Assembly: GCA_013265495.1 (NCBI GenBank)
Contig: MU057733.1
Location: 62,001-126,000 of the forward strand
Length of the DNA stretch: 64,000 nt
From: Vicugna vicugna
Taxonomy: Eukaryota
Reading direction: 5' to 3'
Positions 49,797-63,250 of the stretch are shown here, in pieces (position 1 is the stretch's first letter; each line of letters begins with the position of its first letter). The notes beneath the pieces were generated by a model, which saw only the letters and a list, made by a program, of their open reading frames with translations, was not told the DNA's origin and did no database searches. The translations under genes were made by a program, and so were the position numbers.

Positions 49797-50941
49797 AAAT
49801 TTGAATGGTTTAGAAAACAAATTTTTAAATAGTAGCAAAAAATAGAAACAGGTTAGGTGACAACTAGAATTTAGGAGGAGTAATTTGTCTATTTTTTTCC
49901 TTCTCTCTGGGAGGTACAGTTGAGGTCATGTGAAGTTTGTCCAAATGGCTTGAGTCTGCATGGCACAGAAGTGAGGTTAAAGTGCAAGTGAGGTGGAACT
50001 CAGAAAAGGCCTGTCAAAACAAGCATGATTTAAAGCAGTTGCCGCATACAATGTGTCATTTTCACAGCACTGAAAGCAGCAATGAAGTTCTTTCTGCAGT
50101 CACAAGCTACCCTGACTATATCAGATGGGTGAATTCAAACAGGTCTTAAAAGATGTTCAAGAGTGTATTGTTGCTATTTTTGTTTGTCCTTTCTTTCTTA
50201 AAAAAAATCAAAAATAAAACTCCTATATTAATTTTTGACATTTGCTTTACTGGATTGTTATTCCATTACAAATGTATCTTTCAATGGTGATGTTGCTTAA
50301 TTATAATTTTCACATATTCATGTTTTAAAAAATTAGTGAAACTTTCCTTAAAGTGCAAGTCTTTGTGTTCTCCCTCCATACAGCGTGGGGGAGGCAGAGC
50401 CCTGGGTTGCCCGGGCCCTCTCCTAGGTCACAACTAACTAATCTGGGACCGTGGCCAAGTCAGCTAGCTTATCTGCTGCTTGGTTCCTCCATCTGCAAAA
50501 CAGAAGCATGCGAGATGATCTCTTATGATTTCTAGTAGCTGTAAAATTTTACGGTCATATCATGTTAAATGCCTGTGTTTATAGGAACTGAAGAGGATTA
50601 AGGGTTACTATTTGCCCTACAAGTTAAGTTTATCACCTCATTGTTTGTAATAAAACTTTCTTCTTACAAATTATTATGTTGTACATTAAAGAAGATATGA
50701 TGGCTATATAAAATAACAAAAAGTTGAAAAGCACAGTTAATGTTTGGTATATTTATTTTAATGCCTGTTTCTACAAACATCCAGCATGCGTATGCATAAC
50801 TGGAATCATACTGCATATAGAATTTGTATCTTTCTTTTTCTCATTGAATTTTATATTGTGAGAATTTTCCAATCCCATTAAAAGATCCTTAAAACACAAT
50901 ATTTTTCTTAATTTTTTTTATGTTGTTAAATATAACAAAGA

Positions 50942-51491
50942 TGTTACCCCAAAAGGGGAAGGGAAAAGATCCCAGTTCTTGTCATACCCAAAATGTAAGA
51001 ATTCAGATGGGAGATGTGCATTGTGTGGTGAAAGATTTTAAAGGATTTATTAGCAGAAGGAAAGTACCCCTCCAAGAATGGGAGGCGGGCTGATCCAAGG
51101 GCAGGTAGCAGAGCAGGTCTTTGGTCCCCTGTCTTATACCCTCGCTTAGAGGTGGTCTTTGAAGTGATTGATGGCTCTTGCCCCTGGAGTGCTTAGTCAT
51201 GTTTGTCCCCTTTGTGCATGTCTTTACCTATGGTATATACAGAAGAACCCATGGATGAGGCCTAAACCACAATGCTAATTGTGTTACAATGAGCATTGGG
51301 TCATGTCCGGTTAGGTCCTTGTCACTACCACACAGTCATGACTGTCGGTTTCTAACTGATTTCTTGCTGACACTCATTTAGAAGAAGTAAAGCCCCTTTA
51401 TGGTGGAGGTGGGCATAATGCCATCTTCTGGACCATCCTCCCTCTCCTCCACCTGTCTGCCTGGTGTCCCCATTTATCTAACTACCTAACA
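50942..51491 (-). mobile_element. Solo ERV1-like LTR
   Basis: TGTTACC...CTAACTACCTAACA; minus AATAAA near 51046 and TATAAG near 51134. Confidence 0.7.
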
Positions 51492-52424
51492 GAAATACAG
51501 AAAACAATATTAATGAATACAGCTACCACCTCTCTCAGCCACCCTAGAAACACACTTCTAACATAACTCGCCTCTCTCCTCACTAAATATTAGTGCCCTA
51601 ATGACTTCATGGTAATCATTTCCTTATTTGTCTTTATATTTTTGCCACCCAGTGTGCATTCCTAAACATGACTATTTAGTGTTGCTAACCATACAGTTTG
51701 TAATAGATGTGAATTCGTCCATCACACAAAGATACATCAATACATGCAAGTACAACTTATTGGTTTATTTACTTTCCTTCTTGAGAGCTTAGTATTTTAT
51801 TTTTTGAATAGATGACCTGTTCATATAATGCAAAGTTTTAAAGGTTGAAAGGAAAAGCAGTGAAAAATCTCCCTTTCACTTCTGCCTGGCTATCTCTAAG
51901 ACCAATTTCTAGGAGGCTGTTTTTGAGGAAAAACAAGCCTAAGAATGGCCTTTATATATTTCCAATTTTAATGTTCTAAATTAATCTAAGCAGGTACAAA
52001 TAAATAATTCTTCTTAAAGCATGCAAAATCTCTGTAGTTTATTTTTATTTTGTGTTTATAAAGGTGGCATAATTTCTTGAGTGAGATAAGTTATTTCACT
52101 CTTAGGTTAGTTAAATGCATAACATTGAACAGTTGTGTGAATTGGGTGTGGAATAACCACACAAGGAAGTCTAGGATCAAATTAGATATAAATAGTGTTG
52201 TGGTGGTTTACTTTGCTTTACTGTAAAGCTGAAAGACCCAAGTCATTTTCTTTGTCTTTTGGACACAGTGGAAAATTCAAATAGTTTCCTGTGTTTTGTT
52301 CTGGCAGATCAATAAGTAATGTCATGATGATAAGTTACGTTATGCAAAACTACATAATTTAGTTTGTATGAATGGAGAAACTAACTGCTGTTTAACCTGC
52401 CTGACCAGTACACCATTTTTATGC

Positions 52425-53240
52425 ATCAGGGTTCTTTGGTTGCAAGAAATAAAAAGTAGAATTTGCTTAACTTAAATGAAGGGTATTTATTGGAAGGATT
52501 CAGGTACCCATAGTTTGGCAGAAAGGCTAGAAAACTGGGCTTTGAAGTGCGCTGAGATAACACAACTTAGGAGGTTCAGGAGTTGGGGACGGCAAGAATG
52601 GTCTCTATCAAAATTGGCTTTAGTTCTTTTCTTAGATTCCATAAGTAACTGTGGGTCCCATCATAGAACATCAAGTAACTACACAACTAGAACTGCCCAT
52701 CATGGTCTTATTAGATACAGAGAATGATAAGTTTGGGTGGATGTATCAGCAGACATGATAGAAATGAAACACTAGGATGTAGTATCCAGAAGTATCCAGA
52801 AGGCATGAATGTAGTATCCAGAAGGCATGGATGTAGTATCCAGAAGGCATGAATGAATTAGATTTATGCGTATCTTAAACTCTCTTGTCACCTGTTACCA
52901 TTCCACCAATGGCCTTCTCTCAACTCACACCAAGGCCTCATGGGGGAGGAGGAGACTGAGTGGCCCCCCATGACCGAGTGATGGAAGACAAGATAATTCA
53001 GGCTCAGTTTACACATGAATTCGCACGGTATATTAACCCTAGGGAAAGTGGATTGCCACCACATTATAGCCTGGCCCAGGGATGGAAGGACAATCTTGAA
53101 AGAATTTCCCTGTACGTAGTGCAAGCAGTTACTGACTTAGCATGGAAAGGGAAAAGGTGCTGAGTGTGGGTATTCAGGGGCTCCGGGGGCAGCCAGGAAG
53201 CGCCTGGCAGAAGCAAACTGGAAGACTGGTGGTGAGATGT
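52425..53240 (+). mobile_element. MLT-like LTR followed by ERVL/MaLR internal RNase H remnant
   Basis: Peptide APHDRVMEDKIIQAQFTHEFARY...AVTDLAWKGK resembles ERVL PYDQLTEEEKTRAWFTDGSARY...HFAWKEK. Confidence 0.6.
52777..52853 (+). repeat. 22-bp minisatellite ATGTAGTATCCAGAAGGCATG(A/G), about 3 copies
   Basis: Units start at 52777 (with an internal 10-bp duplication), 52809 and 52831. Confidence 0.85.
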
Positions 53241-54574
53241 CCTGACTGGCTCTCCCACCTTCCTCTTTTCATTCTTCTGTTCTCTGGGTTGCAGGGATAC
53301 TAATCAGATAGGATGACGTGGACTTTTGCCTCAGCTTGGAGGAGAACCCAATCTTTCTGAAAAGTTCAGTGAAACATTTGTGGGCAATTCAGACCCTAAG
53401 ATTAAATTATACGTGCTCCACCCAAGCAATAATACATGTCTACTCATGGCTCAAATTACTTTATGACTGTTTTCATTATTTGAGAAAGTAAACAAAGGGA
53501 AGCTTGTCAAAATTATCTCTGATAACTTTCAAGTATACTCCTCTGAAAGTGTCTCTAACTTAATGATTTATACAATGACTGAGCTAAAAACCTCTTTATG
53601 AAGAGATTATTCAAAAAATTGTCTCATTAGAAACATGAGAGTTCCTCACTTTTCCTTACCCTGAGAAAAACCAGCATGTAAACAAAATTATATATGTATT
53701 TTTCCTTAAAAGTACTCAACAGGTTAAATCTGACTATTTCTCAATACTACTGTCAATTTGGTCAAAAACCTAAGTGAAGAATCTATGCACTTCTTAAAGG
53801 GTTTCTCCCTCTTTGCCCCTTGATGGGTCAGAAACTGTTGAACAGTAACTGTTCTCCTTAGTTTAGCATTTGCAACATCTCCTATCTAAAAATACAGAAT
53901 GGGAGGGTTTCTTCTTAAAGACAGAGGGAAAGCAGTGGCAATGTGACTCCTTGGCCTCACTTTATAATGCTTGGTGGCAGTGGAGGGTGGGGCGGGGGTG
54001 GGGGTAAGATATTCATAAGGTACAAAAAGCAAGTCACCAATAGGAACAAGGAAGCAATAGGGAGAGTCAGCATGTGGAATGAGGTGACATTCTAGATATC
54101 ACAGGACACTGAGAAAGAGAAGCCCTGTCTACAGTGATGACTGTCCAGTTGGTGCTGTGGAAAAAGTACAGCTGATCTTATCAGTTTAGGTGACATCATT
54201 TGTACCTTTCCCCATGACTCAGCATAGCGTGTGACAAGCCACTTTCTCAACAGATCAGCTGGTTGTGTCACCACTCAGCAGTGGGGAGAAAATTCTGTTA
54301 ATGGACTGACTACATAATGAACCCCTCAGAGCTTTTGACCACTCTGAACTCCAGCTTGAATAAAGTCCACTTTGCCATGCCTATAGTTCAGTGACTGAGG
54401 TTATCAAGAAAATGATAAGGAGCTTCCTGGGTTTTTGGAATGGCTGTAAAGAATGATTTTCATTTAACCAGAAATTGAAAATAAGTAAGGAAATTAACAA
54501 AAAGTGGTTAAGGATGGTGTATTGGGCATCTGTAATTTGTGACTGCCTAGAATTCATTTCCCTTCTTTTTTTTT

Positions 54575-55105
54575 TAATTAGTAGAGTTAATTTTTTTTAG
54601 AGCAGTTTCAGGTTCATAGCAAGATTGAGCAGAAAATACAGAGAGTTTGCACATAGCCCTCCCCACCCACACAAATATAGTCCTCTGGCCTCAACATCCC
54701 TCATCAGTGTGGCATATTTGGTACAATCAGTGAACCAACATGGACACGTTATTATCAACCAAAGTCCATAGTTTACATTAGGCTTCGCTTTTGATGTTGT
54801 ACATTCTATGGGTTTTGACAAATGCATAATAAGATGTAGCCACCACTATAGTATCATACAGAATAACTTCATTGCCCTAAAAATCCCTGTGCTCCATCTA
54901 TTCATCCCTCCCTCCCTCCCTCTCCCCAAGCTCCTGGAAACCAGGATCTTTTTATTGTTTCTGTAGCTGTGCCTTTTCCAGAATGTCATTTGGTTGGAAT
55001 CATACAATTAGTAGCCTTTTCAGACTGGCTTCTTTCATTTAGTAATATGTCTTTTAAGTTTCTCCCATGTCTTTCATAGCTTGATAGCTCTTTTTTTTTC
55101 ACTGC
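54575..55105 (-). mobile_element. Older L1M 3' end
   Basis: TTTTAGAGCAGTTTCAGGTTCATAGCAAGATTGAGCAGAAAATACAGAGAG...TTTTCCAGAATGTCAT. Confidence 0.85.
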
Positions 55106-55224
55106 ACATCTATTTTAAAATTTACATATATGTACTGAACATCATTTCTAAGAACATTTAGAGCTTTAGCTTTTTAAACTTACATGGTTATCAAAGGAAT
55201 AAAGCCAACCACAGAATAAGAATT

Positions 55225-55745
55225 AATTCAAAAAAGATACATACACCCTGCTATTAACAGCAATATTATTTATAATTGCCAAAATATGGAAGCATCCTAA
55301 GTGCACATCAATAGTTGAGTAGATAATGAAGATGCAGCATATACATATATATATATATGTAATGGAATACAGCTCACCCATAAGAAAGAAGGATATTTTG
55401 CCATTTGCGGCCCTTCATTCACTTTTTTTTCACTTCAAAAACCAGAACTTTATAACTGGTAGAGACATTTCCATTACATCAAAAACAACAACATACCCAG
55501 AAATAAACCTAACCAAGGAGGTTACCTTACTCCAAAAACTGATATGACACAAAGAAATGGAAAGATTTCTTGTGCTCTTGGATTGGAAGAATCAACACTA
55601 TCTAAATGGCCACACTACCCAAAGCAATCCACAGATCCCATGCACCCCCTGTCAAAATACCCAAGACATTCCTCACAGAACTAGTACAAACAATTCCAAA
55701 AATCACAAGAAACCACAAAAGACCCTGAACAACCAAAGCAATCTT
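55225..55745 (+). mobile_element. Two L1 ORF2 fragments in non-collinear order
   Basis: 55225-55410 is ORF2 C-terminus; 55470-55745 is an upstream ORF2 part (YPEINLTKEV..., SWIGRIN). Confidence 0.8.
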
Positions 55746-55749
55746 TTGT

Positions 55750-57627
55750 AGGTCTTTTTTTTCCCCCCCTCTTTCTTCTTCTTATTCTCTTTTCTTATGG
55801 TTTGATGACTAGAGAAGGTCTTTTAACATTTGTTGCAAAGCTGGTTTGGTAGTGCTGAATTCTTACAACTTTTGTTTATCCGTGAAGCTTTTGATTTCTC
55901 CATCAAGTCTGAATGAAAGCCCTTAATGGATAGAATATTCTTGGTTGTAATTTTTCCCCTTTCATCAATTTAAATATATCGTGCTCCTCCCTTCTGGCCT
56001 GTAGAGTTTCTGCTGAAAAATCAGCTGATAATCATAAGGGAGTTCCCTTGTATGTTATTTGTTGCTTTCCTCTTGCTAATTTTCATATTTTCTCTTTATC
56101 CTTAATTTTTTCAATTTGATGACTATGAGCCTTGGTGTGTTCCTCTTTGTGCTGATCCTGTGTGGTACTCTCTGTGCTTCCTGGACTTGGGTGACTGTTT
56201 CCTTAACCAAGTTGGGGAAGTTTTCAGTGATTATCTCTCCAAAAATTTTCTTAGGTCCTTTCTCTCTCTCTTCTCTTTCTGGGACCCGATAATGCAAATG
56301 TTAGTGCACTTCATGTTGTCCCAGGGTGCTCTTAAACTATCCTCATTTCTTTTCATTATTTTTTTCTGTTCTGAAGTAGTGACCACTAATCTGTCTTCTA
56401 GCTCACTGATCTGTTCTTCTGCCTCATTTAGTCTATACTTATTTCCTTCTAATTTATTGTTCATTTCAGTGATTTTATTCTTCAACTCTGTTTGGGTATT
56501 CTTTATATTTTCCAACTCTTTGCTAAAAACTTCACTCTGTGCACCTATACTCCTCTTGAGTTCTCTGAACATCTAGGCCATCGTTACTTTAAACTCTTTC
56601 ACAGATAAATTGCTATCTCCTTGTCACTTATTTCTTCTTCTGGGATTTTATCTTGTGCCTTGGCCTGGGAGATATTCCTTTGCCGCCTCATATCGCCTAT
56701 CTTTCTGTGTGTTTGTGGATCCCTTCCACAGGCTTTGGGATTGTTCTTTTCTTATTTCTAGTATCTGCCCTGGTGGATGAGGCTGGACCAGAGGCTTATG
56801 CAGGCTTCCTGGCAGGAGGAGCTGGTGCCTTCCCACTGCTGGGTGAAGCTTGGTCCTGGACCTCTGGTGGGTAGGCCTGTGTCTAGAGGCCTTTGTGGCT
56901 TAGGAAGTCTGATGACCGGTGGGGCTGTGCTCCCACCCTGTGTGTTGTTTGGCCTGAGGCTTCCCTACAGGCTGTTGGGTGGGGCTGTGTCTTGGTGCTA
57001 AATCAAGATGTCAGCCTCCAGGAAAGCTCATGTAGGTTAACACTCCCAGAATGTTCACCACCAGGTTTTATGTCCCCTTGGTAAGCCATAGCCATCCCCC
57101 ACATCCCCAGGAGACCTTCCAAATCTAGCAGGCAGGCTTGGCCCAGATTCCTATGAAATCACTACCAATGCCCTTGGAACTGGCACACATGAGATTCTGT
57201 GTACGCTTCCCAGGCAAATGGAGTCTCTGTTTCTCCTAGTCCTGTGGGGCTCCTGAAGCCAAGCCCCACTAGCCTTCAAAACCAGATGTTCTGGGGTCTC
57301 CTTCTCCTCCCAATGCTAGAACTGGGGCTGGGGAGCCTGATGTGGGACTTAGAACTCTCAGTCCTGTGGGGGGGGGGCTCTGTGACTTAACTGGTCTTCA
57401 GCTTGTGGGTCACCCAACCTGGGTGAATGGGGCCCAATTATACGGCAAGCACATCCCCTCTACCGTCCTACTGTAGTTCCCTCTTTATGTTTCCAGTTGC
57501 AGAAGATCTTTTTTGCTAGGTTCCAGGGTTTTTTTTTTTTCAATGGTTGTTTACCATTCAGTTGTGGTTTCATTGTAGTCGCAAGGAGAGGTGAGCTCGT
57601 GGTCCTACCACTCCAGCATCTTGACCA
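55750..57627 (-). mobile_element. L1 5' half: 5'UTR and decayed ORF1
   Basis: Minus start GGTCAAGATGCTGGAGTGGTAGG; ORF1 coiled-coil FSKELENIKNTQTELKNKITEMNNKLEG...RLNEAEEQISELEDR; ENFPNLVKET. Confidence 0.9.
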
Positions 57628-58174
57628 GAAAATACCCATTTCCCCTTCTTGACAACACCACATTCTTTTAGAGGAATAATGATTGTATTATTATTATTAT
57701 TACTACTAATTATTTTAGATTCAGCCTGGTGGACTTGTACTCCAGGATTTGTACTTAATTGAAGTCTTGAGTGTATGATTGAAACTAGGTCAGTCAGACA
57801 CTTATTCTTAGAATTTAAATCTGGAGTCAAAGATTAAAGACAGAAATGAATGGTAAGAATTAATCTAATCTAGGGATGAGGTCTTGTATTTTTACCGCCA
57901 TGACACTACTCCTGTCATCCCCAGATCCTGGACCATGAGGGATACTTTGGCTTTGCACATTTCCAAGTCTAGTTCTCTAGACTTGCTGCCAGATAATGAG
58001 GTCTGATATTTTTCACTAAGTTTCTTTTGTATACATTAACCAATGTCTGTTGTTTGCAACTATAGAGCTCTGACTCGTTCAGAAGGTATTCCTTGCCAAT
58101 TAGGCAGGTTAAAGAAAAGTTGGCTTTATTGCTACAAAGTGGTATGGGGCCATATCAGAGGTAATGCTGGGGGA

Positions 58175-58420
58175 AAGGAGGTGGGAAGGGATAAATTTGG
58201 AAGTTTGAAATTTGCAAAGGTTAACCACTGTATATCAAAATAGATAAAAAACAAATTTCTTCTATATAGCACAGGGAACTATATTCAGTATCTTGTAATA
58301 ACCTCTAATGAAGGAAGAATGTGAAAATGAATAGATGTATGTATATGCATGACTGGGACATTATGCTGTACACCAGAAACTGACATACTGTAACTGACAA
58401 TTCTTTAATTTAAAAAAAAG
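58175..58420 (+). mobile_element. Short L1 3'UTR fragment
   Basis: GTGGGAAGGGATAAATTTGG...TATAGCACAGGGAACTATATTCA, A-tail. Confidence 0.85.
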
Positions 58421-59055
58421 TAATGCTGTACTTAATTACTTAAGAAATAATTTTTTAAAAGTGTGTAGGAAATATTTATCAATGATAAACACAACAATTT
58501 TAGAGAGGGAAAAAAAGACTGGGAAAATATGTAATATTGAACAAAAAGCCAGATAATGTAATTTTGATAATTATCTCTTGGTAAAAATATGAAAACGATG
58601 ACAATAGAGTTTTTAAAAATCTGGTATCAATTGATTAATTCATTGCTGGCCATTGACAGATTAGCGTATAGGTCTCATTCCAGCTGGTATTACTTCCTCA
58701 CTACTACTTGTTCCTCACTATTTAAAGCCTATGGAAACTTTCTGGCTAGATCTGTATTAGTAAGTCTACAGAGGCATAACATTTCAGGGCTATGGAACTT
58801 GATTTGACTCAAATCCTCTGTGAAGTGAGAATTGTGTAGTGAATTTAGTCAAGTGGTATTTAATTGGATCCAAAATTCAGGATTTATTTATTTTTCCCTT
58901 TGAGCATTCAGTAACATCGATGACTTTTGTGTGGGACGAATGTCTTGATATACCATGTTAAAAAAACGTAAAGGCCTGATTGCTTGTCACGTTCCATCTG
59001 AATCATAATCCTAAAGGATCATCATCCTCTTTATTAATAGATAATATTATCACCC

Positions 59056-59512
59056 TGTTACCAAAGGCAAGTTCACGTGCCCGACACACCACAAGGCCAA
59101 ACTGAAACGTAAGAGTCTGGAGCAGAGAAAGATTTACTGCAGGGACGAGCAGGGAAAACAGTGTGGCCATGCCCAAGGAAACCCCAAACTTCCTGAAAGG
59201 TTTCAGCAAAACATGTTCAAAGGTCAAGTAAGGGGGGCAGGTCTCAGCTCATGTACAATTCTCTGAGTGGTTGATGTTGAGGTAAGAGGGCAGTCGACAC
59301 TATTAATTCTAAGGTGCCAGAAGATCTGGGGGCCACATGCTCACTATCATCAAGTAGTTAATTTCTTCCCTTCAGGGGTGGCTTCAAGCAGCTGAAAAAT
59401 GCAGGAAATGTACATGAGATACTATCATCTGGGTATTCAGAGAGGACCTGCAGCAGAGGTTATGGGAGAGGGGCGTGACCCTGGAAAGCCCACAGGGTCC
59501 TGCTTGGTTACA
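59056..59512 (-). mobile_element. Solo ERV1-class LTR, same family as 37247-37722
   Basis: Ends are reverse complements of TGTAAC(C/T)(A/G)AGCAGGACCCTG and GAACTT...GGTAACA; shared GGGAAGAAATTAACTACTTGATGAT. Confidence 0.85.
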
Positions 59513-62500
59513 ATCTTCTTTTTCTTTCAAGCTTTTTTTTTTTTTTTGGAAATGAAGTCTTATTTGTATTCAATGTCTGAGTTTCATTCTCACAGAAATT
59601 GTGTAGAACAGAAGAGAGTGAGCCACAGAATATCAAATATCATAACCTTCAGTACAGAAGGACTTTGAGAATCATCTCCCTAACAGGTACCCAGATGGCA
59701 TGAAGAAAAGACTGGATGAAGTCTGATGCGACAATTACACCTACACTTAACTCTCAGCTTTTTCTCAGAAGAGACAACATTTTTCCAACAGATAATCTCC
59801 ATCTAAGGAGAGAAGTTTCTGAAGTCTTTCCTCTCATTTTAAGGTGGTGTCTCCCTTTGCATCTGATAATTTATATTGTTACGAATTTGTGACCTAAACT
59901 GTATTCATCATAGAAAGTTTACAGTAATGTTTAGTTAGTGATCTAATTCTCCACACAGCACTGGGAATCTTCATAAAAGATCCCTAAATAGAGTATCTCT
60001 TCTTAAGAATGATCTTCTTAAAAAATGATTATGCCACTACTTTGCTGTACTAGGAAGGTTTTTAGCTGCAAATAATAGAAAAATCTAGCAATTGTTTAAA
60101 CAAATAGCATTTTATTTTTCTCACATCAGGTAAAGTCTGGCAGCAGATTTCAAGGCTGTGCAATGACTCAGTAAGTTCACCAAGGATGCATCTTTTGGGT
60201 TTTTCTACTCAGCCATCCATAGCATACTTGCTTGTTGCTTCATTGTCTCAAAGTCTGCTAATGCTCTCACTTGCCAGAATATAGTCTCACACCCACCCCA
60301 AAACCAGTCTCTGGGGGTGACAGCATTACTATGATTGGTTAATATCAACTGTCATTCATCTCTTGGGTAGGGGAATAGAGGTTCCAAGGGAATCGACATT
60401 CCCTACATAGAGGTATCTGTGCTGATGACCAAAGCACAGTTAGAGCAAAGGAAGGGCGCATGTGCTCTGCATGGGGTGATAGTCTTTCTGCTTTTGGCCC
60501 AGATGGTTCCTTCTTATTCTTTAGGTCTTACTCTTTAAAATGCTGTCTCTTCAAAAAGGCCTTTCATGACCACGTAATCTGACACAGTCCCCCTGATTAT
60601 TTTTGATCACAAACAACTGCCTATAGCATTCTTCTCAATTAGTAGTTATGTATTTTTTGCTGTATTGATTTGTTTATAATTTTAATATATCAATTATATA
60701 TTAATATATTATCAATTAAGTGTTAATATAATATAGTAATTAAAATATTTAATGTGACTATATTAAATGTATAATTATAATATGTATATTTATAATTTAT
60801 ATGTTATACACTTATTTTATTATCATCCTCAAGGACCATACCCCTCTGTGTGAAATGCACTTTAATGGAATTTGTGGTTTATAGAGCAAAATAAAAAACC
60901 TATTCCATTCTTGGGGGGGGTACAGTTAATAAAGAATTTAACTAAACTACATAATAATAATGTCTTTCTTTTGGGTGGAGGGCAGATTAATTTACTGAAG
61001 GGCAAGAATGATTTTTCTTCAATTTCTGAATCCCAGACAAAACTGGAGATTTAGACTTGGGGGAAGAGTAATGGCAATGACATGATAGGAGGTGGGTTAG
61101 TCCCTAGAGTGTGATGGTGGGCGGAGTGCTGGAGAGACACCGGCAGGAACTGTAACGATGACAAACACAATAACAACAGTGATAGTAGAGAGATGCCGGA
61201 TGCTCACAAGGCATCCAGCAGAGGTCTGAGTATACTTAGGGTGACTCATTTTATCTATTCAAGAGATTTTTGTGGCGTGGTTTCCCACTGAAACACGGAG
61301 ATTCAAAATAACCCGTCACAGTTCACGCCCTCCCAGGCTGCCCATTTCTCAAGCCCACGCTCTCGGCCGCTGCCTCCTTTAGACCAGAGATGGCTGCTTC
61401 ACAGAATTATGTTCTCCTTTTCTTATTGTATTTCCCTCTTCACATCCTCAAGTCTTCAGTACATTCTGTTAAATGCTTAGCATGGTTTTAGCTACACTCG
61501 CTGTGTTTAGGGAGGAGTCTCTGCTAACACTTATACCAGGAAAATTTGGGGAGGCAGTCCTGGCCGATTACAGTGATCTGCAGCGATCTGGAGCAGGCAA
61601 GGAGTGACAAGCAGCAGAGCTGTGCGGATTGAGAAATATGCCTTCCTCAGAGACAAATGGCCAAGAACATGAGGGTACCCTCTCAAAAGCATGGAGTCGT
61701 CGTTATATGGAAGCTTAAATGATCATTACCTGGAATTGTAAATAAGGACCTCAAAAGGCTGAGACCTTGGCTACCTGGTTGCATGAGTCTCTGGCATCTG
61801 GTTTCCATCTCTTGGACTTCATCTAAATTGGATGTATGGACATAACCAAATCCACCCTGCCGCTAATTCCAAATTAAACCTCCATCCTGCCCTGTCCATC
61901 TCTTGGATGCCATGAAGAGGGGATTGGATTGGTCAGGCTGCACAGAGCCTAGAGGGGTCCCAGCAGTGGGGGCCTTTTAACAGCATAAAAGCCATGACCA
62001 GACGTCTCCTGGGTGGTGGACAAGGGGAAACCTACACCTGGAGTGCTGAACTGGACATTTCGGCAGCGATTATGAAGATTTTCGATGTACCTGAAGCAGG
62101 AGAGAAATATGGTTTGCTCAAATGCCATATGGTCGTCAAAGAGAGGATCATTTCCCTATAACCCCGCCCCCCCAATTCATTGTTAAGGAACAGGAGGGAC
62201 TGAAAGGCCCTTGAAGTCCCACTCACAACAGCTTTTTCAGGAATCTCGTGTTCTGAGGTAGCTAAATTTTCAGCGATTACTATTTGCCAGGCATATTTAT
62301 TGGATTCTCACAGCCCTGTGATTGCAGAGATCTCTCCGTCTGACAGACTCCAGCGCAGCGTTTCTTGTCTGAGGTAACAAGATTCCCAAGCTTTCTTCCA
62401 GTGAGAGTCCACACATGCCCGAACATCGATGTGAAAGACATTAGAAGTCCAATGTTTAAGGAGAATCCGCTGCATTCTGGGTCACATCCAGGGCATGGAC

Positions 62501-63094
62501 AGACAGATCGCTAACTACCCACGCAGATTAAAACTGAGTTACTTTTGGAGGTGGCACAAAAAAATCCCAGAAGCAATGTGTGCCGAAAGCATTACACTTG
62601 ACTTTCACACTTTGAAAATTCTTAAAAGAATATAGGATGTGGGAAAGAAGCTCTAAAGATGTTATATTTAATGTTTTTTTTTTTTTTGGTTAAAGCACTT
62701 TTTTTTCTGTAGGGGCTGATAATAATAAATACATTTATTAATGTAAACTCTGTGTAAACTCAAGTAAGGATGAGCAGAACTTTTGGTATACTGCTGCTCT
62801 GCCATTTGCTTTCTTTGTCCGGCTACCCTACGATCTTACCAGTGTTATTCAGTCTAAAACAACCACTTTTCACTGTTGGGAGAGCATCCCATAAAGTTCC
62901 CGGGTTAATTCTTGTTTTCTTTCATTTGCTGCCCACATTAACTCTTGTAAATTAGCAGGTATCTCATAATCAGAGCAGTGGGGGCGGGGGCAGGTAGGAA
63001 GCATGAGAATACACGGCCCCTCAGCTGCCCTGTGCATTTCAAGCACCATTCCACGGTTATTGACGAGACTGACTACACAGGCTTTCGGGATCTG

Positions 63095-63250
63095 GGTTTC
63101 ATTCATTCATTCATTTCTGCAACAAAACTTGATGGAGTGCTTTCAAGTTGCCAGACACCATGTAGTTAAAGATCAGACAACAGGACTGACCCCAGACTCT
63201 GCTTTCATTGAGCTTTTATTCCATTGAGAGCAAATAGAAAATAAACAAAA
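63095..63250. mobile_element. L2 terminal remnant
   Basis: CATTCATTCATTCATT...TGCCAGACACCATG. Confidence 0.6.

Noticed and set aside
56076..56572. L1 ORF1 as a domesticated gene
   Set aside because: Split across frames by frameshifts and truncated.
60660..60820. Extremely AT-rich stretch
   Set aside because: Low-complexity sequence with no discernible structure.
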